This document shows positions 20,503 through 29,233 of a stretch of DNA of 64,000 nucleotides, one piece after another. Both the position numbers and the translations under genes were made by a program. The first letter of the stretch is position 1, and each line of letters begins with the position of its first letter. The notes below the pieces were generated by a model that did no database searches, was not told the DNA's origin, and worked only from the letters and a program-made list of their open reading frames with translations. The stretch lies in assembly GCA_963779415.1 (NCBI GenBank), contig CAVZYA010000002.1, positions 928,001 to 992,000 of the forward strand. The letters run 5' to 3'. The stretch comes from an uncultured Acidobacteriota bacterium (GTDB taxonomy: Bacteria; Acidobacteriota; Thermoanaerobaculia; UBA5066).

Positions 20503-21882
20503 GTGCCGGACCGGGAAGCCCGCGCGTTCCGCGGGCGCCTCACCGCAATCCTCGTCGTTCTCGGCCTCCTGACGGCGGGCTCGGTGGCGCTTTTCGGCCA
20601 TCTCCTCTTCAAGTCGCTCTCGCGCGACGTCGTCAACGACGCGCTGCTCCTCTCGCGCCTCGACGCCGAGAGGATCGCCCGTGGCGTGGCCGAGAAGTCC
20701 GCGGGCGACCCCTACATCCTCAAGCTGAAGCAGACGGAGATCGACCGCTATCTCCGGCAGGGGCTGGCCGAGCGGCAGATCCTGACGGAAGTCCAGATAG
20801 TGGACGTCCGGAAGAACGAGGTCATCTACTCCTACGGCTCCACGCTCAAGGTTCCGGAGACGACGCCGTCGGGCGTCGAAGGAGGATCGTCGGTCCCGGT
20901 CGAGCCGGTCCTTCCGCTGCCGCGAACCTATTCCCTCGAGACGCCGACGTCGAACCCCTACGACATCGAGGTCCCGATCGGCGACTTCGCGGTGCTCCGG
21001 TTCGGCGTCTCGCGCAAGGAGCTGGCCCGGCGGGTGGAGAGGCTCCGGAACGAGCTTTATCTCCGGACCGCGGCGGCCGCGGTCGTCTCGCTTCTCGGGA
21101 TCGCGGCCGCGTCCGCCGCCGTCGCGATCCTCTACCGGAGGACGCGGCGGGCGGAGGAGGCCCGCCAGGAGGCGGAACGACGCGCCGAGCTGGGCGAAGT
21201 GGCCGCGGGGCTCGCGCACGAGATCCGGAATCCGCTGAACGCCATGAGCCTCAACCTCGAGCTTCTCGAGGAGCAGCTCGGGAAGGCCCCCTCCGGAAGC
21301 GCCGTGGCGAGGGTCTCCTCGGCTTCCGCGGCCGAGCTCGCGGAAGCGGCGCGGCTCGAGACGTCGCGCCTCTCGCGCCTCCTGACGGATTTTCTCTCCT
21401 ACGCGCGCCCCACTCCCATCAGCGCGGTCCCGTCCGACCTGAACGAGCCGGCCGGAGAGGCCGTCGCCTTCCTGACGGCCGAGGCGACGAAGCGGGGGAT
21501 CGTCCTCGACTTCACGCCGCATCCCGGCGGGGCGCCCGCCCTTCTCGACGCGGCGCGCGTCAAGCAGGTCGTCCTGAACCTCGTCGGCAACGCGCTCGAC
21601 GCGGTGGAGGACGAGAGGGCCGCAGCACGCGAGGTCCACGTCCGCGTCGACGCGGAGGGGTCGAGCTGGAGGCTCACCGTCACCGACCTCGGGCCGGGCG
21701 TCCCCGACGACAAGAAGGACGAGCTCTTCCGCCTCTTCGAGTCGACGAAGCCCGCAGGGACCGGCCTCGGCCTTCCGATCGCCGATCGGATCGTCCGCGC
21801 CCACGGCGGCACGCTGACCCTCCACTCCGAAAAAGGCCAGCCGACCCGCGCCGTCGCGACGTTCCCGAAGCTGGCGAGTTGA
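20503..21882 (+). CDS. Membrane sensor histidine kinase
   Basis: Two TM segments; H-box AHEIRNPL, N-box NLVGNA, DLGPG and GTGLGL. Confidence 0.92.
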   Translation: MPDREARAFRGRLTAILVVLGLLTAGSVALFGHLLFKSLSRDVVNDALLLSRLDAERIARGVAEKSAGDPYILKLKQTEIDRYLRQGLAERQILTEVQIVDVRKNEVIYSYGSTLKVPETTPSGVEGGSSVPVEPVLPLPRTYSLETPTSNPYDIEVPIGDFAVLRFGVSRKELARRVERLRNELYLRTAAAAVVSLLGIAAASAAVAILYRRTRRAEEARQEAERRAELGEVAAGLAHEIRNPLNAMSLNLELLEEQLGKAPSGSAVARVSSASAAELAEAARLETSRLSRLLTDFLSYARPTPISAVPSDLNEPAGEAVAFLTAEATKRGIVLDFTPHPGGAPALLDAARVKQVVLNLVGNALDAVEDERAAAREVHVRVDAEGSSWRLTVTDLGPGVPDDKKDELFRLFESTKPAGTGLGLPIADRIVRAHGGTLTLHSEKGQPTRAVATFPKLAS

Positions 21883-22049
21883 GCCGAGAACTACGTCAGA
21901 AAATAGACGGAGGCGATCGTGGCGAGCGACATCGCGATGGGGACCCAGGCACCCGGCCTGTGGAGCGAAAGCTCGTTCGCATCCCTCCGAAATATTGGGA
22001 ATGTCCGCGAGCAGATCGTAGAAATGAGACCTGACCCCGTTGCCTGCAA

Positions 22050-22511
22050 CTACCAGCAAGCCAGCGATTCAACGCCTCGTGAGCTGGACACAACCCGGGC
22101 ATTCGAGCATGGCTTCACTGCGAACACCTCCGGTGGGTCGCCGAGAAAAGGCGTCCAGGTAGAGTCCCAGCGGAGGAAGAACACGAAACCGGCGTCGACA
22201 CGAAGAAAGCCGGTGGCTAACGTGACATCCTCGACACCCGGGTCGCTTTCCTCATATGCCGCGAAGAACGGGGCGCCCGCACGAAAGGCAGAAACGACAC
22301 ATGCATCAACCGTGGAGCGGTCCCCGTTAAAGGCTGCCGTTCCGCAGTTGGTTGCGTTCGGCCCAGCCAGGCTCCGCAGAACGAACGGAAAACCGAGACG
22401 AAGGGAGTTCGGGACAGCCTGACCCATGGGCGTACGAGCTGATGCGCAGGCTGTGATCAGAGGGGCAGCGACGCAAACGAGGGTGAGTAGAAGGGCGCGA
22501 CCACGGTTCAC
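22050..22511 (-). CDS. Hypothetical lipoprotein in an AT-richer insertion
   Basis: Signal peptide with lipobox ITAC and four further Cys; atypical codon usage; no family recognised. Confidence 0.6.
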   Translation of the reverse strand: MNRGRALLLTLVCVAAPLITACASARTPMGQAVPNSLRLGFPFVLRSLAGPNATNCGTAAFNGDRSTVDACVVSAFRAGAPFFAAYEESDPGVEDVTLATGFLRVDAGFVFFLRWDSTWTPFLGDPPEVFAVKPCSNARVVSSSRGVESLACW

Positions 22512-22639
22512 TGCTTTTGCGGCCTAACCAGTAGTAGACGGCATGGGGAGTGGATACATCCAGGAATTCCTGGGCCGATTTTCGCGCCTCTGGGCAGAGA
22601 TAGCCAGAAAGGCATGGTCAGCGATAGGCAGGTTTTCGC

Positions 22640-23104
22640 TCATCCAACAAGGATCTTCACCCCCGTCAGATCGCCCTCGCCCCGCTGGAACGCGAGGATG
22701 CGGTCGACGAGCGTCCTGACGGGCCCGGGGAAGCCGAGGAGAAGCTCGCCTTGCGGGTTGAGAAGGACCTGCTCCGTCGTCCCGGTCGCCAGAAGCTCGC
22801 GTGAGGGGAGGCGCCGGACGTCGTAATCCATGACGAGCTTCGCCGTCTCGGGGGGAAGGAGCGCGGCCGAAACCTCGAGTGTGTCGTCGAGGCGCGCCGG
22901 GCGCTTCACGACCGCGTCGAAGCGGACGATCGGCACCTTGTACCCGAGCGCGAGCGCCTCGGCCGGCGTCAGGCCCGCCGCGGCGCAGAGTGCGTTTCGC
23001 GCGACCTCGAAATAGGCGAGGTAGTGGCCGTGCCAGACGACGCCATAAGAATCGACCTCGGGAAACCGGACGTCGAAGGAGACGGTGAAACGGCGGGAGG
23101 TCAT
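22640..23104 (-). CDS. Acyl-CoA/ACP thioesterase (4HBT/YbgC hotdog family)
   Basis: VRFPEVDSYGVVWHGHYLAYFEVAR; ATG at 23104 overlaps the upstream stop. Confidence 0.88.
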   Translation of the reverse strand: MTSRRFTVSFDVRFPEVDSYGVVWHGHYLAYFEVARNALCAAAGLTPAEALALGYKVPIVRFDAVVKRPARLDDTLEVSAALLPPETAKLVMDYDVRRLPSRELLATGTTEQVLLNPQGELLLGFPGPVRTLVDRILAFQRGEGDLTGVKILVG

Positions 23105-24204
23105 GGGCGCTTGAGGACGGTGCAGAGGACGTTCCCCCCCGCGCCGAAGGCGTTGACGAGGACGGCGCCCGTCTCCGGACGCTCGGCGATCTCTTCCGCG
23201 GCGAGGGCGAGCTGAATGGCGCCGATGGCGGGGTTCTCTCCGAGAGACTCTTTCACGGCGACCGTTCGCGGCTGTGCCGGAAAGACGATTTCGAGAGCGC
23301 GCGCTTCGGCTCCATCGGTTTCCATCACGCCGTTTCGGGAGAGATGGACGAGGCCGATCTCCGACGGCGCGAGGCCGGCCTCGTCGAGCGCGGCACGCAT
23401 GGCGGCGGAAAGCTCCGCCGGATCGGCCCTCCGGAGCTGGGGGGAGACGGCGGCGGGGCGGATGACGACCGACGCGACGCGCGCCTTTACGGCGGCGCCC
23501 CTCTCGCGCGCCGCCTCTTCGTCCTCGACGAGCAGGAAGGCGGCTCCTTCCCCGAGGACGAATCCGGCCCGGCGTGCGGTCCGGGTCGCGTGAATCCTCT
23601 CGTAGACGAGGTGGTACTCGAGGTTCCACTCGTCGGAGGCTCCGACGAGGATGGCGTCGGCGCGCCGGTCGTCGAGGAGGAGCCGGGCGTAGAGGAGGGC
23701 GTTCTGCGCCGCCGGGTCCTTCTGCGTGATCGTGACGTTCGGCCCGCGGATCTGAAGCTCGATGGCGGTGACGGAGGCGGGGGCGTTCGAGACGGTGTAC
23801 GGAAAGAGGAAGGGAGACGCGGAGTCGGGCCCTTCGAGCGCCATCTGCCTCTCGAAGTCGACGAGCGGCCCGGCTCCCGCCGAGCCCGTGCCGACGAGGA
23901 TTCCGGTCCGCTCTTCCCGTCCGGCCATCGCGTAACCCCCGCTCGCGAGCGCCTGCCGCGCCGCCACCACGGCGTACTGGCTGGCCCGGTCGAGCCGGCG
24001 GGACTTCATCTTCGACATCTCGGGTTCGGTCGTGAACGTCACGATCCGCGCGGCGGGGGAGTGGTCCGGCCGGCTCGCCGGGATGTCGGGGGCTTCGACC
24101 GGGGCGAGAGCGCTTCTCCCCTCCGCGAGGGCAGTGCGCGTCGAGGGAAGGTCACGCCCGAGCGCGGTGACGGCCGAGGCACCGGTGACGACCACGGAGC
24201 GCAT
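23101..24204 (-). CDS. Beta-ketoacyl synthase-like protein lacking the catalytic Cys (chain-length-factor-like)
   Basis: KAS fold motifs (VVVTG, RRLDRASQ, SPFLFPYTVSN, GEGAA, FGAGGN); ITQKDPA where TACSS is expected. Confidence 0.8.
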   Translation of the reverse strand: MRSVVVTGASAVTALGRDLPSTRTALAEGRSALAPVEAPDIPASRPDHSPAARIVTFTTEPEMSKMKSRRLDRASQYAVVAARQALASGGYAMAGREERTGILVGTGSAGAGPLVDFERQMALEGPDSASPFLFPYTVSNAPASVTAIELQIRGPNVTITQKDPAAQNALLYARLLLDDRRADAILVGASDEWNLEYHLVYERIHATRTARRAGFVLGEGAAFLLVEDEEAARERGAAVKARVASVVIRPAAVSPQLRRADPAELSAAMRAALDEAGLAPSEIGLVHLSRNGVMETDGAEARALEIVFPAQPRTVAVKESLGENPAIGAIQLALAAEEIAERPETGAVLVNAFGAGGNVLCTVLKRP

Positions 24205-24206
24205 CG

Positions 24207-25418
24207 TCAGGCGGCCCCGAACGCGACGACGGTGGAGTTCCCTCCGAAGGCGAAGGAGCTGGAGAGGGCGGCGCGGACTCGGACCTCCCGAGCCACGTTC
24301 GGGACGACGTCGAGGTCACATTCGGGATCGGGGTTCTCGTACCGGATCGTGGGGGGGACGATGCCGGTCTCGATCGTCAGAACGGTTGCCACCGCTTCGA
24401 TCGCTCCGGCCGAGCAGAGGCAGTGGCCGAGCATCGACTTGATCGCGGAGACCGGAATCTCCATCGCGCGGCTCCCGAGGGCGCGCTTGAGCGCCTCCGT
24501 CTCGGCCGGGTCGTTCTGGGGGGTCGCCGTCGCGTGAGCATTCACGTAGTCGACGTCGCCGGGGTTCAGCCCCGCGTCGTGAAGACAGGCGCATAGAGTC
24601 CGCGCCCCCGCCTCGCCGGTCGGCTCGGGCTGGGTCATGTGGTGCGCGTCGGAGGTGACGCCGTAGCCGAGGAAGCGCGCGTGGATGGTGGCGCCTCGCC
24701 GCCGCGCCCGGTCTTCTTCCTCGAAAATGAGTATTCCCGCGGCCTCGCCCACCGTCATTCCCTTCCGCTCCCGGTCGAACGGGCGGCACGGCTCCGGGTC
24801 GGTGGCGCGCAGGGCGTTGAAGCCGCCGTGCGTCAGGCGGGCGAGAGTGTCGGCGCCTCCGGTCACGACGACGTCGCAGAGGCCGTGGCGGATCAGGTCG
24901 GCCGCGTAGCCGAGCGAGGTGGCCGACGACGAGCAGGCGGTCGTGATCGTCGAGCGCGGGCCGAGGAGGCGCCACCGCTCGGCGATCCGGTCGGTCGTCT
25001 GGTCGGGAGGATGGTTCAGGACGCGGGTCGGACGCGCGGCGCGCGGCCCTTCGGCGAGGAGGGTCCGGTAGTAGTTCTCGCTGTCGAGAAGGCCGGAGAC
25101 GCCGGCGCCGAGGACGACGCCGATTCTCTTCGGGTCTTCGCGGGAAAGGTCGAGGCCGCTGTCCCGAAGTGCCTCGGCGGCTGCGGCGAGGCCGATGACA
25201 TCCGTCCGCGAGAGGCGCCGCCGGACGGAGGGCGTCACGCCCGGATCGGGGAGCGACTTCACTTCGGCCGCCAGTTTCGTCCGGAAAGCCGAGGCGTCGA
25301 AGAGCGCGATGGGGCCGATGCCGCTCCGGCCGGCCACGAGGCCGTCCCATGTCGCGCGGAGGTCGTTTCCGAGCGACGAGACCGCCCCGAGGCCGGTGAC
25401 GGCGACGCGTCGGCTCAC
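24207..25418 (-). CDS. fabF: 3-oxoacyl-ACP synthase II-like (KAS II)
   Basis: TTACSSS, VNAHATAT, LGHCL and FAFGGN; GTG 25418 overlaps the M16 stop. Confidence 0.88.
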   Translation of the reverse strand: MSRRVAVTGLGAVSSLGNDLRATWDGLVAGRSGIGPIALFDASAFRTKLAAEVKSLPDPGVTPSVRRRLSRTDVIGLAAAAEALRDSGLDLSREDPKRIGVVLGAGVSGLLDSENYYRTLLAEGPRAARPTRVLNHPPDQTTDRIAERWRLLGPRSTITTACSSSATSLGYAADLIRHGLCDVVVTGGADTLARLTHGGFNALRATDPEPCRPFDRERKGMTVGEAAGILIFEEEDRARRRGATIHARFLGYGVTSDAHHMTQPEPTGEAGARTLCACLHDAGLNPGDVDYVNAHATATPQNDPAETEALKRALGSRAMEIPVSAIKSMLGHCLCSAGAIEAVATVLTIETGIVPPTIRYENPDPECDLDVVPNVAREVRVRAALSSSFAFGGNSTVVAFGAA

Positions 25419-27550
25419 GGGCCGGATTTCGGCGCCGGCTTCTCGAAAGCCTTCGCGTCCGCGCCGGCGTTCACGCGGACCTCCTCGATCCGGAGCGTCT
25501 GGACCTTCTGCCCGTTCTGCGAGATCTCCTGCAGGAACGGGACCGTCAGCCCCTCGACGGGGCGGAAGTCGGAATAGTCGACGACGACGGTCGACGGCCC
25601 TGCCGGACCGGACCCGGCGTACGACGCGCGGAGGAGCCGTCCGCTCCCGGGGTCGAGGAACCACCGGACGTCGACCCCCTCGTACGAGAGGTCGAGGATC
25701 TCGGCCGCCACTTCTCCGATCTTCTCGGTGCCGGAGGCGGAGGCCGAGAGCTTCGGGTCCTCCCCCTTCTGTCCGAGATAGAAGGGACTGCGGCGGACCT
25801 GCTTCAGCATCTCGTCGCGCTGGGAGACGGGGAGGTCCTGCGTTCCCATCGGGGTGACGACGAAAGCGCCGGCGGGGGTCGCGATCTGCGTCAGGTTCCC
25901 CATCGGCGTCTGCATCTCCTGGCGGATCCGGTCCGGGAAAACGAGGAGCGATGTAACGCCCAGCTCCATCTCGCCGCCGGGGGTCTTCATGACGGCCTTC
26001 CCCTTCGTCGTGAGGTCCTTCACGGCGCCGAGGCGCCCGGCGCCTCCCATCGCGGCGACGCTCCTCGCAAATAGCGCCTTGCCGGCCGTGCGGGAAGCGT
26101 CCGTCGCGGCCGCCTTCTTCTCTCCGGGAGGGGGCGGAATCGTGATGTCGACCTTCGTCACCGGGCCGAACACCGTGAGCGGGCGGTCGAAGTCGGCGCT
26201 CCTGCCGACGACGAGGAGCGCGAGGTCCGCGCGCCGGACGTACCTCTTCGCGACCCGCTGGACGTCCTCCGCCGTCACTTTCTCGACGGCGGTCCGGTAG
26301 CGGTCGAGGAAGTCGGGCGGGTAGCCGTAGAACTCGTTCAGGACCTGCTCGCGGAGGACCTTTTCCTTCGAGTCGAAGCGGAAGATGAAGGAGTTGAGGA
26401 TCGCGTCCTTCGCCTTCTTCATCTCATCCCCGGAGGGGGGCTTCGCGGCGATCGCGTCGATCTCGACGAAAAGGGCATCGATTCCCGCGGCTGTCGTCGC
26501 GCTCTTCGTGCCGAGAAAGACGTCGAAGAGGCCGGGATAGTCCCAGTTCGACCGGACGCCGCCGGAGACGGCGTACGCGAGGCCCTTCTCCGAGCGGACG
26601 TGGCTGAAGAGGCGTGACGAGAAGCCGCCGCCGAAGATCTCGTTCATCACCTCGAGGGCGAAGTAGTCGGGATTCTTCCGTTCGATCCCGAGGGCGACGA
26701 GATGGATGCTCGACTGGTTCACGTCGTCCTTCTCGACGAGGAAGACGCCGGGGGCGGGGGCCGTCCGGTACCCGGCCGGAGGGTCGGCGACGGCGGGGCC
26801 TTTCGCCCAGCCGCCGAAGGCCTTCCGGAGCTTCGCCTCCATCTCTTTCGCGTCGAAGTCCCCGACGACGCCCATGACGATCCGGTCGGGATGGACGTAC
26901 TTCCGATGCCACGCGAAGAGGTCCTCCCGCGTGATCGCCGCGACCGTCGCGTATTCCGGGATGCGGGCGTAGGGACTCCCGGCGCCGTAGCCGAGCTTCC
27001 TCGCCTCGCGGCTCGCGATCTCCATCGGCTCGTCGTTCCGGCGCGCGATCGCCGTCCGCATCTGGTTCGTCGCGAGGACGAGCTTCTCCTCGCGGAACTC
27101 GGGGGCTTCGAGGAGGTCGGCGAAGACGGAGAAGACGGCGTCGAAATCCCCCTTCAGGCAGGAGAGGGAGATGCTCGCAGCAGCCGTCCCGACGCCGGTC
27201 TCGACCTTCGCCGCCCGGGCCTCGAGGAAGTCGTCCAGCTCGTCGCCGGTCTTCGTCTTCGTCCCGCCCGTCCGCCAGCTCTGTCCGACGACGGAGCCGA
27301 GGCCCGCTTTTTCCGCCGGGTCGTTCCGGGTGCCGCCCCGGATGACGGCATAGGCGTCGATGAGCGGCAGCTCGTGATCCTCCATCAGGAGAAGAACCAT
27401 TCCGTTCGGGAGGGCGACCCGGACGGGCTTCGCGATCGTGAAGGACTTGAGCGGCGGGGTGGGGATCTCCTTCCACTCCTTCGCCTGCGCCAGAAGGAGG
27501 GCCGGGGAGAGGAGGAGCGCGACGGCAGCGGCAGCGAGGAGCTTCTTCAT
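25415..27550 (-). CDS. M16B peptidase, non-catalytic subunit, with extra C-terminal beta-rich domain
   Basis: Signal peptide, LPNGM, SSRLFSHVRSEKGLAY; no HxxEH; ~230-aa C-terminal extension. Confidence 0.85.
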   Translation of the reverse strand: MKKLLAAAAVALLLSPALLLAQAKEWKEIPTPPLKSFTIAKPVRVALPNGMVLLLMEDHELPLIDAYAVIRGGTRNDPAEKAGLGSVVGQSWRTGGTKTKTGDELDDFLEARAAKVETGVGTAAASISLSCLKGDFDAVFSVFADLLEAPEFREEKLVLATNQMRTAIARRNDEPMEIASREARKLGYGAGSPYARIPEYATVAAITREDLFAWHRKYVHPDRIVMGVVGDFDAKEMEAKLRKAFGGWAKGPAVADPPAGYRTAPAPGVFLVEKDDVNQSSIHLVALGIERKNPDYFALEVMNEIFGGGFSSRLFSHVRSEKGLAYAVSGGVRSNWDYPGLFDVFLGTKSATTAAGIDALFVEIDAIAAKPPSGDEMKKAKDAILNSFIFRFDSKEKVLREQVLNEFYGYPPDFLDRYRTAVEKVTAEDVQRVAKRYVRRADLALLVVGRSADFDRPLTVFGPVTKVDITIPPPPGEKKAAATDASRTAGKALFARSVAAMGGAGRLGAVKDLTTKGKAVMKTPGGEMELGVTSLLVFPDRIRQEMQTPMGNLTQIATPAGAFVVTPMGTQDLPVSQRDEMLKQVRRSPFYLGQKGEDPKLSASASGTEKIGEVAAEILDLSYEGVDVRWFLDPGSGRLLRASYAGSGPAGPSTVVVDYSDFRPVEGLTVPFLQEISQNGQKVQTLRIEEVRVNAGADAKAFEKPAPKSGP

Positions 27551-27558
27551 CGACGGCC

Positions 27559-29103
27559 TCACGACTTCTTCTCCTCTTTCTTTTCCTCTCTCGCGGGGGT
27601 CTCGGCTTTCGTCTCGATCCGCCCGACGGTCCGGTTCCTCTCGACGAAGATCCGGCTCGCCACCCGGCGGATGTCGGCCTTCGAGACCTTGTCGATCTTC
27701 TCCACCGCGCGGAAGAGCTCGCGCCAGTCGCCGTACCGTGTCTGGTAGCTTCCGAGCTCGTTCGCGAGCCCCTGGTTGTCCGCGAGCTTCCGGATCAGGT
27801 TCGCCTTCGCCCGGGTCTTGACCATCGCGAGCTCGGCGTCCGTGACGTCCTCGTTCTTCAACCGCTCCAGTTCGGCGCGGATGGCGTCCCGGACCTCGTC
27901 ATTCGTCCTGCCGGGGAGGGGGACGCCGTACGCGATGAAGAGGTTCGGGTACTTGTCGCCCGGGAAGTCGGGGAAGCCCTCCGCGACGGCCGCGACCTTC
28001 TTGTCGCGGACGAGACTCCGGTAGAGGCGCGAGGTCCGTCCGGAGGTGAGGAGGTCGCCGATCACGTCGTAGACGGCGCCGTCCGGATCGAGCGCGCCCG
28101 GCTTGTGATACCCCTCCATGTAGAACGGCTGGGAGGGGTCGACGAGGACGACTTCCTTCTCGGCGATCTGCGGAGGCTCCTCGGTCCGGATCTCGGGGGG
28201 CCGGGGCGCCTTCGGCAGTCGGCCGAAGTACTTCTCGATCACCGGGAGAGCCTCGGCGGCCTTCACGTCACCGACCACGGTCACGACCATGTTCGAGGGG
28301 ACGTAGTACTTCCTGAAGAACGCCGCCGCGTCGGTCGCGGTGAAGCTCTTCAGGTCGGACGGCCAGCCCAGGACGGGGTTGCCGTAGGGGTGCGCAACGA
28401 AGGCGACCGCGAGGAACTGCTCGACGAGGCGGCCGATCGGGCTCGAGTCGGTCCGCATCCGTCGCTCCTCGGTCACGACATCCCGCTCCTTGTAGAACTC
28501 GCGGAAGACAGGGGTCAGGAAGCGTCCCGACTCGAGGTAGGCCCAGAGCTCGAAGCGGTTCTCCGGCATGGAGAAGAAGTAGCCCGTCTCGTCCGAGGTC
28601 GTGAAGGCGTTCAGTCCCTCGCCTCCCGCGCGCTCGACGATCTCGCCGAACTCGTTGTTCACGACGTAGCCGTCCGCCTCGGCCATGGCGTCCCTCCACG
28701 CCTTCTCCAGCTCGGCGACCTTCTTCTCGTCGCGCCCGGTGGGCCGGCGCCGTTCGGCGTCGTAGGCGAGAAAGGCGGCTTCGACCTTCTCGAGGGCCTT
28801 CTTTTCGGCCGGGTAGTCCTTCGTGCCGATCCTGTCGGTCCCCTTGAAGGCCATGTGCTCGAACATGTGGGCGAGGCCGGTCTGCCCCACCTGCTCCTGC
28901 GCGCCCCCCGCGTTGACGTCCGTGAAGAAGGAGAAGACGGGGGCGACGGGGCGCTCGCAGACGATGACCGTGAGGCCGTTTTCGAGCGTCTTCGTCGTCA
29001 CCCTCTTCTCGAAGCTCGTGAGGTCCTGCGCCGCAGCGCCCATGGCGCCGAAGAGCAGAAGGGCGACGGCCGGAAGGGGGGTCAGACGTTGGATCTGTCT
29101 CAT
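27559..29103 (-). CDS. M16B (pitrilysin-family) zinc peptidase, catalytic subunit
   Basis: GLAHMFEHMAFKGT (HxxEH), NAFT, ERDVVTEERR. Confidence 0.92.
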   Translation of the reverse strand: MRQIQRLTPLPAVALLLFGAMGAAAQDLTSFEKRVTTKTLENGLTVIVCERPVAPVFSFFTDVNAGGAQEQVGQTGLAHMFEHMAFKGTDRIGTKDYPAEKKALEKVEAAFLAYDAERRRPTGRDEKKVAELEKAWRDAMAEADGYVVNNEFGEIVERAGGEGLNAFTTSDETGYFFSMPENRFELWAYLESGRFLTPVFREFYKERDVVTEERRMRTDSSPIGRLVEQFLAVAFVAHPYGNPVLGWPSDLKSFTATDAAAFFRKYYVPSNMVVTVVGDVKAAEALPVIEKYFGRLPKAPRPPEIRTEEPPQIAEKEVVLVDPSQPFYMEGYHKPGALDPDGAVYDVIGDLLTSGRTSRLYRSLVRDKKVAAVAEGFPDFPGDKYPNLFIAYGVPLPGRTNDEVRDAIRAELERLKNEDVTDAELAMVKTRAKANLIRKLADNQGLANELGSYQTRYGDWRELFRAVEKIDKVSKADIRRVASRIFVERNRTVGRIETKAETPAREEKKEEKKS

Positions 29104-29233
29104 GCGGTTCTCCCTCGACCTTCCGAGTATGTCCGAAACGGGCCCTTCCGTCCCGAGCCCGTGGCGTCGGGGAGAAGGGCGGCCGTCCATGCCAGGACGG
29201 TCCGGTCCGGGTTCGCGCTAGCCTTGTCGGCGG

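Noticed and set aside
21919-22422. Plus-strand 167-aa ORF in the AT-richer insertion
   Set aside because: The opposite-strand ORF has a signal peptide and lipobox and a more protein-like composition.
22522-22629. Complete attC site or integron
   Set aside because: GCCTAAC and GATAGGC pair only imperfectly, the inner L boxes do not pair, and no intI is present. Kept only as a cassette-like hint.
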